Source: Candidatus Parcubacteria bacterium (GTDB lineage Bacteria > Patescibacteriota > Minisyncoccia > Minisyncoccales > JAGOPM01). From it: DNA of 64,000 nt. Shown piece by piece: positions 19,446-27,843 of this stretch (position 1 is the first letter of the stretch; every line of letters starts with the position of its first letter). The translations under genes were made by a program, and so were the position numbers. A model generated the notes under the pieces. That model worked only from the letters and a program-made list of their open reading frames with translations. It did not search any database and was not told where the DNA came from. The stretch lies in contig JAGOPM010000001.1 in the NCBI GenBank assembly GCA_017991975.1, positions 463-64,462 on the forward strand, given 5' to 3'.

Positions 19446-20056
19446 ATTAAAAATTTAAAATCTATAGCAACTGCCTCTTTCTGATTGACTATTATCGGAT
19501 TCAAATCTATTTCTTTTATTTCTTCATGTTCTAAAGCTAATTTTGAAATCGCCACCAACGCTTCTGCTAAAGCTTTTATGTTTACTGGCTTCCTGCCTCT
19601 AGCGCCTGATAGAATAGGATAGCTCTTTATTTCTTTTATCATTTCAATCGCTTCTTTTTTGTTTATAGGGCATACTCGAAAAGAAACATCCTTTAATATT
19701 TCAACAAAAATTCCGCCCAATCCAAACATTATTACAGGGCCAAATTGCTTATCCCTTTTCATTCCAACAATCACTTTTTCTCCATCAATCATCTTTTGGC
19801 ATATTATTGTAGGAGAAATTTTTGATAATCTGGCAAACTCAGTATAAAGTTTTCCATCATTATCAATATTTAATGAAACTCCTCCAATATCTGTACGATG
19901 TAAAATATTTTCCCCAAAAACTTTCAAAGCTACTGGATATCCTGCTTTCACAGCAAAATCAACTGCTTCACTCGGTTTTTCAAAGATATCAATCTTTCCA
20001 GCATTTATCCTGTATTTTTTCAAAAGTTCCAATGTTGATTTAAAATTTAATATCAT
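19442..20056 (-). CDS. ADP-forming acetyl-CoA synthetase, beta (ATP-grasp) subunit
   Basis: 204-aa ATP-grasp-like protein, 4-nt overlap with the alpha subunit. This is the archaeal two-subunit arrangement. Confidence 0.8.
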   Translation of the reverse strand: MILNFKSTLELLKKYRINAGKIDIFEKPSEAVDFAVKAGYPVALKVFGENILHRTDIGGVSLNIDNDGKLYTEFARLSKISPTIICQKMIDGEKVIVGMKRDKQFGPVIMFGLGGIFVEILKDVSFRVCPINKKEAIEMIKEIKSYPILSGARGRKPVNIKALAEALVAISKLALEHEEIKEIDLNPIIVNQKEAVAIDFKFLI

Positions 20057-20092
20057 CAGTTTATTATACCAAAAAAAATAATTTTAAGAAAT

Positions 20093-20122
20093 AAAAAACC
20101 TTGGATTATTCCAAGGTTTTTT
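20093..20122. terminator. bidirectional terminator
   Basis: AAAAAACCTTGG-ATTATT-CCAAGGTTTTTT. Confidence 0.75.
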
Positions 20123-20136
20123 AGACTTAATTCTAT

Positions 20137-20238
20137 TTATCTCCTTAATTTTTTTATAAGAAAATATATTATTCCAATTAAAGACATTGTTATAAAGACA
20201 CATCCCAATATCATCGCTCCAAATAATATTTCCTCCAT
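20137..20238 (-). CDS. possible 33-aa hydrophobic peptide
   Basis: ATG 20238 to TAA 20137, product MEEILFGAMILGCVFITMSLIGIIYFLIKKLRR. It is the last ORF before the terminator, but the RBS is weak. Confidence 0.3.
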   Translation of the reverse strand: MEEILFGAMILGCVFITMSLIGIIYFLIKKLRR

Positions 20239-20275
20239 ATTCCCGCTCTTTCTATATTAATAACTTGAAATTGGC

Positions 20276-20769
20276 TCAGGTCTTAACATCTTGATTCTTT
20301 TTTTTGTTGCAATAGATTAAAAATGCATTATCTATAGCGCGACAATGAATATATAGCAAGTAATAGTAATAATCATTATATGCTTCATGCCATTGATCTG
20401 AATCAAGTGATTTTAAATAATATTCTTCTGCAAGATCTATCTTATCTACAGCGAATTCCCATGCTTTTTTAAAATTAAAAATGACTTTTTTTCAATCCTA
20501 TCATGATATGCCATCGTATTTTCGCAAGTATTAGCAAAGATTTCAATATTTCTTATTTTTTCTTTTATCTCTTCTGGGCATCTGTCAAAAAATCCTGGCA
20601 TGATATCATAATTACCCGGATAAGGACCGTTTTCTCTTATTATCTGAACAAGCTCCTCTAATACTATCAAATTCTTATAATTTCTGTAATTTATAAGAAT
20701 TTTATTCAGAATCAACATTAAACAAAAAATTCCACAGATAATTACCAAAAAAATAATGACATCAGTCAT
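20276..20769 (-). CDS. membrane-anchored protein whose TPR-like C-terminal part lies in the -1 frame (frameshift at an A7 run)
   Basis: AGGAGGAAGGG RBS plus ATG 20769. The zero frame stops at 20446 (107 aa). The -1 frame stays open from the GAA AAA AAG site (20485-20493) to TGA 20276. Confidence 0.55.
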
Positions 20770-20913
20770 CCCTTCCTCCTTTTTTTGTTGGAAATGTAAA
20801 AACAAATACTACTGCTATAATACATACAACAATTGCTCCTAATAAGATAAACTATAGCATATTGTCCCTCCTTTTTTGTTTTTAGCTATTTATTTTTTAA
20901 ATGTTCTTAATAT

Positions 20914-20942
20914 ATTATAATGAATATCTTACAAAAAGTCAA
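20914..20942 (-). promoter_or_regulatory. sigma70-type promoter of the small-ORF operon
   Basis: Minus strand reads TTGACT, 17-nt spacer, TATAAT. Confidence 0.65.
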
Positions 20943-20944
20943 TA

Positions 20945-20976
20945 ATAAAAAACCTCTTTTAGAAAGAGGTTTTTTA
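20945..20976 (-). terminator. terminator after gap
   Basis: AACCTCTTT-TAG-AAAGAGGTT stem with flanking A- and T-runs. Confidence 0.75.
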
Positions 20977-20981
20977 TCTAT

Positions 20982-21971
20982 TTATTTACCGGCTTTTTGG
21001 CAAAACTCTCCTAACCTGCAACTATACCCCCAGTCGTTGTCATACCAAGCCACAATTTTAATTAAGTTCCCATTAACCATAGTAAGTTCGCTATCTAAAA
21101 TAGAAGAATATGAATCGCCTTTATAATCCATGGAAACCAAAGGTTCATCGCTCACGCGAAAAATACCTTTAATTTCATTATCTTTAAAAATTTTATTTAA
21201 TTCTTCTTTATTTGTTTCTTTATTAAGAACACAAACAAAATCAACTACTGAAACAGTTGGGGTTGGAACGCGCATAGATATGCCATCTAATTTCCCTTGC
21301 TCGCCAAAAATTTTCCCTACTGTCTTGGCTGCGCCAGTACTAGTAGGAATAATACTTAATCCAGCCGATCTTGCTCTTCTCAAATCTTTATGAGGTAAAT
21401 CTAAAATATTTTGATCATTGGTATAACTATGAACTGTCGTCATAAAGCCTTTTTGAATTCCAAAATTCTGTTCAAGAATTTTAACCACTGGCGCTAAGCA
21501 ATTAGTGGTGCACGATCCCATATCAATAACATCATCGCTACAATTTGATAATTGATCATCATTAACTCCAATTACAAAAGACTTAACTTTATCCGGAGTT
21601 TTCGAAGGAGCTGACAATATCACTCTTTTTGCTCCAGCTTCAATATGTTTATGAGCGTCATCGTATTTAGTAAACGCTCCTGTACATTCTAAAACTACAT
21701 CTACTTGCAAATCTTTCCATGGCAATTTCAAAGGATCTTTTTCTGATAACAATTTTATCTCTTTTCCACTTATAATCATGCTATTTTCCTTTTCTATTAT
21801 TTCAAAACCGCATTCTCCATATGACGAATCATGTTTTAATAAATGAATAAGCGTATGATTATCCGCCAAATCATTTATGGCTACAACTTCTAATTCTGGA
21901 ATATTTTTAATTATATTCCTGAAAGTCAAACGCCCAATCCTTCCAAATCCATTAATTGCTATTTTTGCCAT
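20982..21971 (-). CDS. gap: glyceraldehyde-3-phosphate dehydrogenase
   Basis: INGFGRIGR NAD-binding motif and SCTTNCLAP catalytic site. Confidence 0.95.
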   Translation of the reverse strand: MAKIAINGFGRIGRLTFRNIIKNIPELEVVAINDLADNHTLIHLLKHDSSYGECGFEIIEKENSMIISGKEIKLLSEKDPLKLPWKDLQVDVVLECTGAFTKYDDAHKHIEAGAKRVILSAPSKTPDKVKSFVIGVNDDQLSNCSDDVIDMGSCTTNCLAPVVKILEQNFGIQKGFMTTVHSYTNDQNILDLPHKDLRRARSAGLSIIPTSTGAAKTVGKIFGEQGKLDGISMRVPTPTVSVVDFVCVLNKETNKEELNKIFKDNEIKGIFRVSDEPLVSMDYKGDSYSSILDSELTMVNGNLIKIVAWYDNDWGYSCRLGEFCQKAGK

Positions 21972-22044
21972 AGTTTAAATATTTTATTTTCTTTTAAATA
22001 ATTATAACAAAGGCAAAAAATAAATCAAAACAAATTTTCTAATT

Positions 22045-22076
22045 AAAAAAATCTTGCGTTTTTGCAAGATTTTTTT
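22045..22076. terminator. bidirectional terminator
   Basis: AAAAAAATCTTGC-GTTTTT-GCAAGATTTTTTT. Confidence 0.75.
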
Positions 22077-22092
22077 AATTTTCGCGGATGAA

Positions 22093-22368
22093 TTAATGAA
22101 AATATGCGTAATCAGCACCATCAGCAGGTCTATCTTCATCGCCCCAGGGGTATTTTTTTCCTCGCGGACATGGATCACATCCCCAAACATGATCATAATA
22201 CTCTGTAGGGGGGGGCTGGTTATCGATGGATTTGGATTCATAATAAATTTCAATCGATCCGCTTGTTTTTATCCCTATGATTTTAATTCCAGGATTTTCT
22301 TTAATCCATTTACTCGCTTCTTCACTGCTGCTAAAGATTTTTGCCAATGGCTTCTTATCTTCTGACAT
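22093..22368 (-). CDS. hypothetical protein (91 aa)
   Basis: AAGGAGGAATA RBS before ATG 22368 (inner start of the track ORF). A TTGACT-N17-TATAAT promoter lies at 22417-22445 on the minus strand. No family recognised. Confidence 0.55.
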   Translation of the reverse strand: MSEDKKPLAKIFSSSEEASKWIKENPGIKIIGIKTSGSIEIYYESKSIDNQPPPTEYYDHVWGCDPCPRGKKYPWGDEDRPADGADYAYFH

Positions 22369-22453
22369 TATTCCTCCTTGAATTAGCATTTCTGCTTTAT
22401 TCGATTTTTAATATCCTATATTAATTATAGCACACTTTACAAAAAAAGTCAAT

Positions 22454-22490
22454 AAAAAAGCCTCTTTTTCTTATAAAAGAGGCTTTTTTT
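22454..22490 (-). terminator. terminator after the DsbA-like gene
   Basis: GCCTCTTTT-TCTTAT-AAAAGAGGC stem flanked by A- and T-runs. Confidence 0.75.
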
Positions 22491-22503
22491 GTTTTCAAAG
22501 AGA

Positions 22504-23460
22504 TTATTGGCAACTTCCTGACGAAGATGCTGGAGCTGTTCCTGTTGCTGACAATGATCCAAATCCCGCGCTAGCTGCTGTTGTTGATAATGCCTGTTTG
22601 CATTCTTCAGGCTGTTTTTCCAATGTATCGCAAATCGCTTTTTTAAATGCTTCGGGAGATCTATCTTGCAATTGCACAACCTTGCCGTTGATAACAACTG
22701 TCGGAGATCCTTGAACATTATATTGTTTATTTAATTCTTCATCTATCGGGAAAACTGGAAATTTTTCGTTTAACCAAGTTTTTTTGTCGTTATATTGTTC
22801 AGTAATTTTGAATTCCTTGTCTGTTGCATCAACGCAAGCTGCAAGCTTTTCTTTGTCTACTCCTGTCTTGTCTAAACATTCTTCTGTTTTTCCAGCTTCA
22901 ACAAAACAAGAAAGATAATCCATGTATTTTTCTTTCTGTTCTTTCTGAATACAATATTGCTTTAAATTATCATCTATTTCGATTTTCTCGTGCATTATGT
23001 AATTCACGAAGTTTATCGACATGTCGATTTTATCTTTCAACAAATTATAAACCGGTATGTACATTTTTTCAGCTTGCAATCCAAATGGACAATGGCTCAT
23101 AATGAACAATTTCACATCAGCTTTTGCAACTTTTGGTTCTGGAGTTAAATCAAAAATAGGAGATGGGAAAATATATGTTCCATCTTTAGTGACATAAAGT
23201 TTGTCTTTCTGTCCTTGAATTTCAATTTCCATTTTATAAAGTCCTTTTTCCTCTGTGACTGTTCCTAATACAGCAGCTGGCATTCCCTGAGGTTCCAAAA
23301 CCTGCTTGTTAATATATTCCATTACTTTGGCCGAAATCTCTTCTTTCTTGTCTCCTCCTAAAGATATTCCTCCACCCTTATTATTTTTATATATAGACGC
23401 CATTCCGATCACTGTCAGGAATATAAGTCCGAAAATAAAAATCTTTAAATCTGATTTCAT
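22504..23460 (-). CDS. membrane-anchored thioredoxin-fold (DsbA-like) protein
   Basis: N-terminal TM anchor, thioredoxin-like FIMSHCPFG active-site region, and the DsbA-type VQGSPTVVINGK motif. The tail is Ser/Ala/Gly-rich. Confidence 0.7.
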   Translation of the reverse strand: MKSDLKIFIFGLIFLTVIGMASIYKNNKGGGISLGGDKKEEISAKVMEYINKQVLEPQGMPAAVLGTVTEEKGLYKMEIEIQGQKDKLYVTKDGTYIFPSPIFDLTPEPKVAKADVKLFIMSHCPFGLQAEKMYIPVYNLLKDKIDMSINFVNYIMHEKIEIDDNLKQYCIQKEQKEKYMDYLSCFVEAGKTEECLDKTGVDKEKLAACVDATDKEFKITEQYNDKKTWLNEKFPVFPIDEELNKQYNVQGSPTVVINGKVVQLQDRSPEAFKKAICDTLEKQPEECKQALSTTAASAGFGSLSATGTAPASSSGSCQ

Positions 23461-23600
23461 ATTTTTTATTTTATTATTTTTTACCCTGTGAAATCATGCT
23501 TTGTTTCGCGTATCAGCAAAGCGAATTATTCCATAAGGCGCATTATTTTATACTAACCTAATCAATATTAATAAATTTCAATTGCTTTGTAAAGCAAGCT

Positions 23601-24875
23601 TTAGATTGATTTGAAATCTGTCCCAGCATAAGGCAATTTGCCTTCATATTGTTCGTGAATCCTTAATAATTGATTGTATTTTGCCAATCTTTCCGATCTG
23701 CAAGGCGCCCCGCTTTTTATCTGTCCAGCGCCAGTTCCTACCGCGAAATCAGCAATAAAAGAATCCTCTGTTTCTCCCGATCTATGAGAAACCATTACTC
23801 CCCATCCAGCATTTTTAGCAAGATTCAAAGCCTGTATCGATTCGCTAATCGTTCCTATTTGATTTATTTTTAAAAGTAAAGCATTTGCTGTTTTTTTCTC
23901 AATTGCTTCTTTTATCCTTTTAGGATTAGTGACGAGCAAATCATCTCCTACAATCTGAATGGAAGATGACGATGTTAATTTTTCATATCCAGAGAAATCA
24001 TCCTGATCAAAAGGATCTTCAATTGAGATTAAATCATATTTCTCTATCAATGATTTATAAAAATCAATCATCTGCTGCTGATCTTTTTTATCCCCTTTTC
24101 CTTTAAAATCAAGATTATAGAACCCATTTTCGAAAAATTCCGAAGCAGCCACATCCATTCCTAATTTCACAATATCTTTATATCCTAATTTTTCTATTGT
24201 TTGCGATATCAAGTCCAAAGCTTCATAAGTATCTTTGAAATTCGGGGCAAAACCTCCCTCATCTCCAACATTAACCGAATCCTGCCCGTATTTTTCTTTA
24301 ATTGCTTTTTTCAAATTATGATATATCTCAGATCCTATTCTCAAAGCATCGGGGAAATCTTTTGCTCCAACAGGCAATATCATGAATTCTTGAATAGCCA
24401 AACTATTTCCAGCATGCACTCCTCCATTGATTATATTAAAACTAGGAACAGGAAGAGACATTTTTCTTTTAGACATTTCAGAAATATAATGGCATAGATT
24501 TATACCTTTTGAAAAAGCTCCAGCACGGCAAATCGACATTGAAGCAGCCAAAATAGCATTAGCTCCGAAATTTCCCTTGTTCTCAGTTCCATCGGCAGAA
24601 ATCATCAAATTGTCCAATTCTTCTTGTTTTGTTTCATCTTTTCCAATAAGCAGCGGTTTAATTTTTTCATTGGCGTTTTTAACAGCCAATAATACCCCTT
24701 TGCCTAAATATCTTTTTAAATCATTATCTCTTAATTCTACTGCCTCATATTTTCCAGTAGACGCTCCCGATGGAACCGCAGATCTAAAAATACCTTTATC
24801 TGTCAAAAGGTCTAATTCAATAGTAGGATTACCGCGAGAATCCAAAATCTCGCGCGCTATCAAATCTTTTATCAT
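23601..24875 (-). CDS. eno: enolase
   Basis: [10 protein letters not shown]-terminus and SHRSGETED motif. Confidence 0.95.
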   Translation of the reverse strand: MIKDLIAREILDSRGNPTIELDLLTDKGIFRSAVPSGASTGKYEAVELRDNDLKRYLGKGVLLAVKNANEKIKPLLIGKDETKQEELDNLMISADGTENKGNFGANAILAASMSICRAGAFSKGINLCHYISEMSKRKMSLPVPSFNIINGGVHAGNSLAIQEFMILPVGAKDFPDALRIGSEIYHNLKKAIKEKYGQDSVNVGDEGGFAPNFKDTYEALDLISQTIEKLGYKDIVKLGMDVAASEFFENGFYNLDFKGKGDKKDQQQMIDFYKSLIEKYDLISIEDPFDQDDFSGYEKLTSSSSIQIVGDDLLVTNPKRIKEAIEKKTANALLLKINQIGTISESIQALNLAKNAGWGVMVSHRSGETEDSFIADFAVGTGAGQIKSGAPCRSERLAKYNQLLRIHEQYEGKLPYAGTDFKSI

Positions 24876-25744
24876 ATATCTAAATTCTTCAAATAATCTT
24901 TAAATTTTTCTCCGTATTCTTTATCTTTCAATCCGAACTCAACATTAGTTTTTAAATATTCAAACTTGTTTCCAGTATCATAATATTTTCCATTCTGTAT
25001 TTCGCAAGCATAAGCTGGAACTCCATCTGCCATCAATTTCCTTATTGCATCAACCAAATAATATTCTCCTTTAAAAGTATCAATGCCTTTTATCGCGTCA
25101 AAAACTTCTGGAGGAAGAATATATGCTCCAAGTAAAGCTAAATTAGAAGGAGCTTTGCCTACTTCAGGTTTTTCTACTATACCTTTTATCTGATAAACAT
25201 TGCCATTGCTTGAAACAAGATCAGCGACTCCGTATCTGGTAAGCGCATTTGGATCATCTATCTTCATAGCTGAAATCACTATTCCACCGTTTTTTTCATA
25301 AACATCAAGCATCTGTTGGATTCTGGAAGGCTGGGCATAAATAAATTCATCTCCCCAAACAACTAAAAATGGTTCTTTGCCAATTGCAGGTTCAGCGCAT
25401 AAAACAGGAACTGCATTTCCGTATTTTTCTCCTTTCTGCCTGATATATACAAAATTTGCCAACCCAGCTATTCTTTTTATTTCATCGCATTCTTTTTGCT
25501 TGTTATTTTTTTCCAAAAATTTTTCAAGCTCCATTGATCTGTCGAAATGATCTTCGATAGCCCTTTTATGCCATCCAGTTACTAAAATAACATCTTGTAT
25601 ACCCGCCTGAGCAATTTCTTCAACAACAAATTGAATAACTGGCCTATCCACTATTGGAAGCATTTCTTTTGGCATTGCTTTAGTCCAAGGTAAGAATCTT
25701 GTTCCCCAACCAGCAGCCGGAATAACCGCTTTTCTAATTTTCAT
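24872..25744 (-). CDS. galU: UTP--glucose-1-phosphate uridylyltransferase
   Basis: [27 protein letters not shown]-terminal signature. Confidence 0.9.
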   Translation of the reverse strand: MKIRKAVIPAAGWGTRFLPWTKAMPKEMLPIVDRPVIQFVVEEIAQAGIQDVILVTGWHKRAIEDHFDRSMELEKFLEKNNKQKECDEIKRIAGLANFVYIRQKGEKYGNAVPVLCAEPAIGKEPFLVVWGDEFIYAQPSRIQQMLDVYEKNGGIVISAMKIDDPNALTRYGVADLVSSNGNVYQIKGIVEKPEVGKAPSNLALLGAYILPPEVFDAIKGIDTFKGEYYLVDAIRKLMADGVPAYACEIQNGKYYDTGNKFEYLKTNVEFGLKDKEYGEKFKDYLKNLDI

Positions 25745-25760
25745 ATATTATTTATATATT

Positions 25761-27224
25761 TTATTTTTCTTTTTTAATTCTTAAAAATGCGGGCACGTCC
25801 CATTTTTCCTCTTCTTCTTGAATCTCTTTTTTTACTTTTTCCTCCTGTTCCTTTTTAGATTCAAGAGCATTACGTCTGACAGTTTCCTTTTTCGCGAATT
25901 TTTTCATATCCACTTCTTCTTGCTCTGGAATTTTATTTTCCGCCACTATAGGAATTTTCTCTTTCTTCACCTTTTTTTTCTTTTCTTTTTGCTTTTTATC
26001 TTTTTCAGCAGTAATAGATGTTTCATCTTTCTGTTCTTGAAGTTCTTCATTAAATATCCCTAACCCCTTTGCCATATTTTTAATCTTTATTCCATCTTTT
26101 CCTTTTCTGTGTCCAACTATTAATAAAGTCGTTCTAATTAAATTATTCCTTCCCTTCAAAGATATTCCAAAAATTATTTTTGATTTTAAATTCGGAGCTG
26201 ATATATCGATTGCTATTTTATTTATTTCTGAAACTTTTAAATCTGAAGGACCGCTTATATTGAAAAGAATCCTCTCTGGATCAATAACCTCCTTAGTCGC
26301 TCCATCTCTGATTCCATATTTTACCAAAGGATTTAAAAGCAACTTTTCCATTATCCTAACCAAATCTTTTCTTTCTCCTTCTATGCTATTGGTATATGCT
26401 AATTTTCCAAACCCTTCCATTGTAGTCATGAAATCCGCATAATCAACATTTATCAATCCTGGCTCATAAATAGTGTCTAAAAGCCCTTTTAATGAATATG
26501 CTAAATTTTTATTGATGGTATGGAACGATTCTTTTATGCCAGTCTTAGGATCTATAACTTTGAAAATATTTTCATTTGGAATCACTATCGTGGCGCTTAA
26601 ATTAGCTTCTATATTCTCAAAAGAATTCGTCGCTATCTTCCTTCTTTTTTCTCCTTCAAATTCAAATGGCAAAGTAAAAATACCAAGACTGGGCTTTTTT
26701 ACAGCTTTTATCACTTGAGCAAAAATAGGGCTCATTCCTGAACCTGTTCCTCCTCCTAAAGTAGAAATTATGATACAAAAATCTGATTTTTCTATTTCTT
26801 TCTGAATAAGTTCCCTATTATTATGGGCTATTTCCTGACCTAAATCAGGATTCATTCCACATCCTAAACCATTGGTAACATTCCTTCCTAAGACCAATAT
26901 TTTTACAGTTTTAGGCATTCCTTCCAAACTCTGCAGATCAGTATTTACTGCAGTAAAAGTAATATGATTAGACCTAGGGATTATTTCTGAAATATGCTTT
27001 ATTATAGAACAGCCTCCGCCTCCCACTCCAAAAATTTTTATTTTTATATTTCCTTTTTTCTCCGCAAAATCATCTTTTGATTTTTTAATAGCCTGCCTTA
27101 TAGTTTCAGATTTCTTTGCAACATTATCCGAACTTTGTCTTTTGGATATTTTTCTCTTTGCTTTTATTTTTTTTATCTTTTTTCCTGATTTAATTCTTTT
27201 AGCCGCCGCTCTCTTTGTTTTCAT
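25761..27224 (-). CDS. ftsZ: cell division GTPase FtsZ with a polybasic N-terminal extension
   Basis: GVGGGGCSI and GGGTGSG tubulin signatures and a C-terminal DVPAFLR peptide. About 60 Lys/Arg-rich residues precede the core. Confidence 0.93.
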   Translation of the reverse strand: MKTKRAAAKRIKSGKKIKKIKAKRKISKRQSSDNVAKKSETIRQAIKKSKDDFAEKKGNIKIKIFGVGGGGCSIIKHISEIIPRSNHITFTAVNTDLQSLEGMPKTVKILVLGRNVTNGLGCGMNPDLGQEIAHNNRELIQKEIEKSDFCIIISTLGGGTGSGMSPIFAQVIKAVKKPSLGIFTLPFEFEGEKRRKIATNSFENIEANLSATIVIPNENIFKVIDPKTGIKESFHTINKNLAYSLKGLLDTIYEPGLINVDYADFMTTMEGFGKLAYTNSIEGERKDLVRIMEKLLLNPLVKYGIRDGATKEVIDPERILFNISGPSDLKVSEINKIAIDISAPNLKSKIIFGISLKGRNNLIRTTLLIVGHRKGKDGIKIKNMAKGLGIFNEELQEQKDETSITAEKDKKQKEKKKKVKKEKIPIVAENKIPEQEEVDMKKFAKKETVRRNALESKKEQEEKVKKEIQEEEEKWDVPAFLRIKKEK

Positions 27225-27267
27225 ATTTTCAAATTCTTATTTTGCGAATCGGCCACTATGGCGCTTG

Positions 27268-27843
27268 CTACCACCAAGTGTCCTTAATTTTAAGCTTAAA
27301 ACTCAATAAATTAGTTGCCAAATGCAGAAAAAATGTTACCACGAAAAGCATTATCCATATATTACTTGGTACAACTTTAAACAATGTCTGGAAAGGAATC
27401 AATACTGCAAATACCCCTATCACATAATCAGTTTGATCAAATATCATCCAATTCTGACCAGGTTTCATATCAAGTCTGCGTTTAAAGAAACTGAATAATG
27501 CATCTCCGAATATCGCTCCAAATGGCAATAAAAATGCAAATAAAGCATAATCAACGCTTTTATAATCAAATAAAGATAAATTTTTGAAAAATGGGAACAT
27601 ATAAAGATTCACTTGCAAAAGATAAAACATCGCTCCAATGAATATTCCCAAAACCAGCCCTCTCCATGTTTTATGGCTGCCTAAAACAGGTCTGCCATCT
27701 CCATATTTTTTATTTCCGTCTATCGGTTTGTCCAAGGCAATAGCAACTTTCAGCCATTTTGCCATAGGAGGAGTCATATTCGCAAAATACGCCGGAACAA
27801 AAAAATACAATGATTGTAAAATAAGAAAAAAGAACTGGTTCAT
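27268..27843 (-). CDS. CDP-archaeol synthase-like (CarS/DUF46 family) membrane protein
   Basis: VPAYFANMTPP...PIDGNKKYGDGRPVLGSHKTWRGLVLG matches the CarS signature as I recall it. 191 aa, multi-TM. Confidence 0.8.
   Translation of the reverse strand: MNQFFFLILQSLYFFVPAYFANMTPPMAKWLKVAIALDKPIDGNKKYGDGRPVLGSHKTWRGLVLGIFIGAMFYLLQVNLYMFPFFKNLSLFDYKSVDYALFAFLLPFGAIFGDALFSFFKRRLDMKPGQNWMIFDQTDYVIGVFAVLIPFQTLFKVVPSNIWIMLFVVTFFLHLATNLLSFKLKIKDTWW

Noticed and set aside
22449-22718. 89-aa Gln-rich minus-strand ORF.
   Set aside because: It lies out of frame inside the 3' end of the DsbA-like gene and spans that gene's terminator. It is a shadow ORF.
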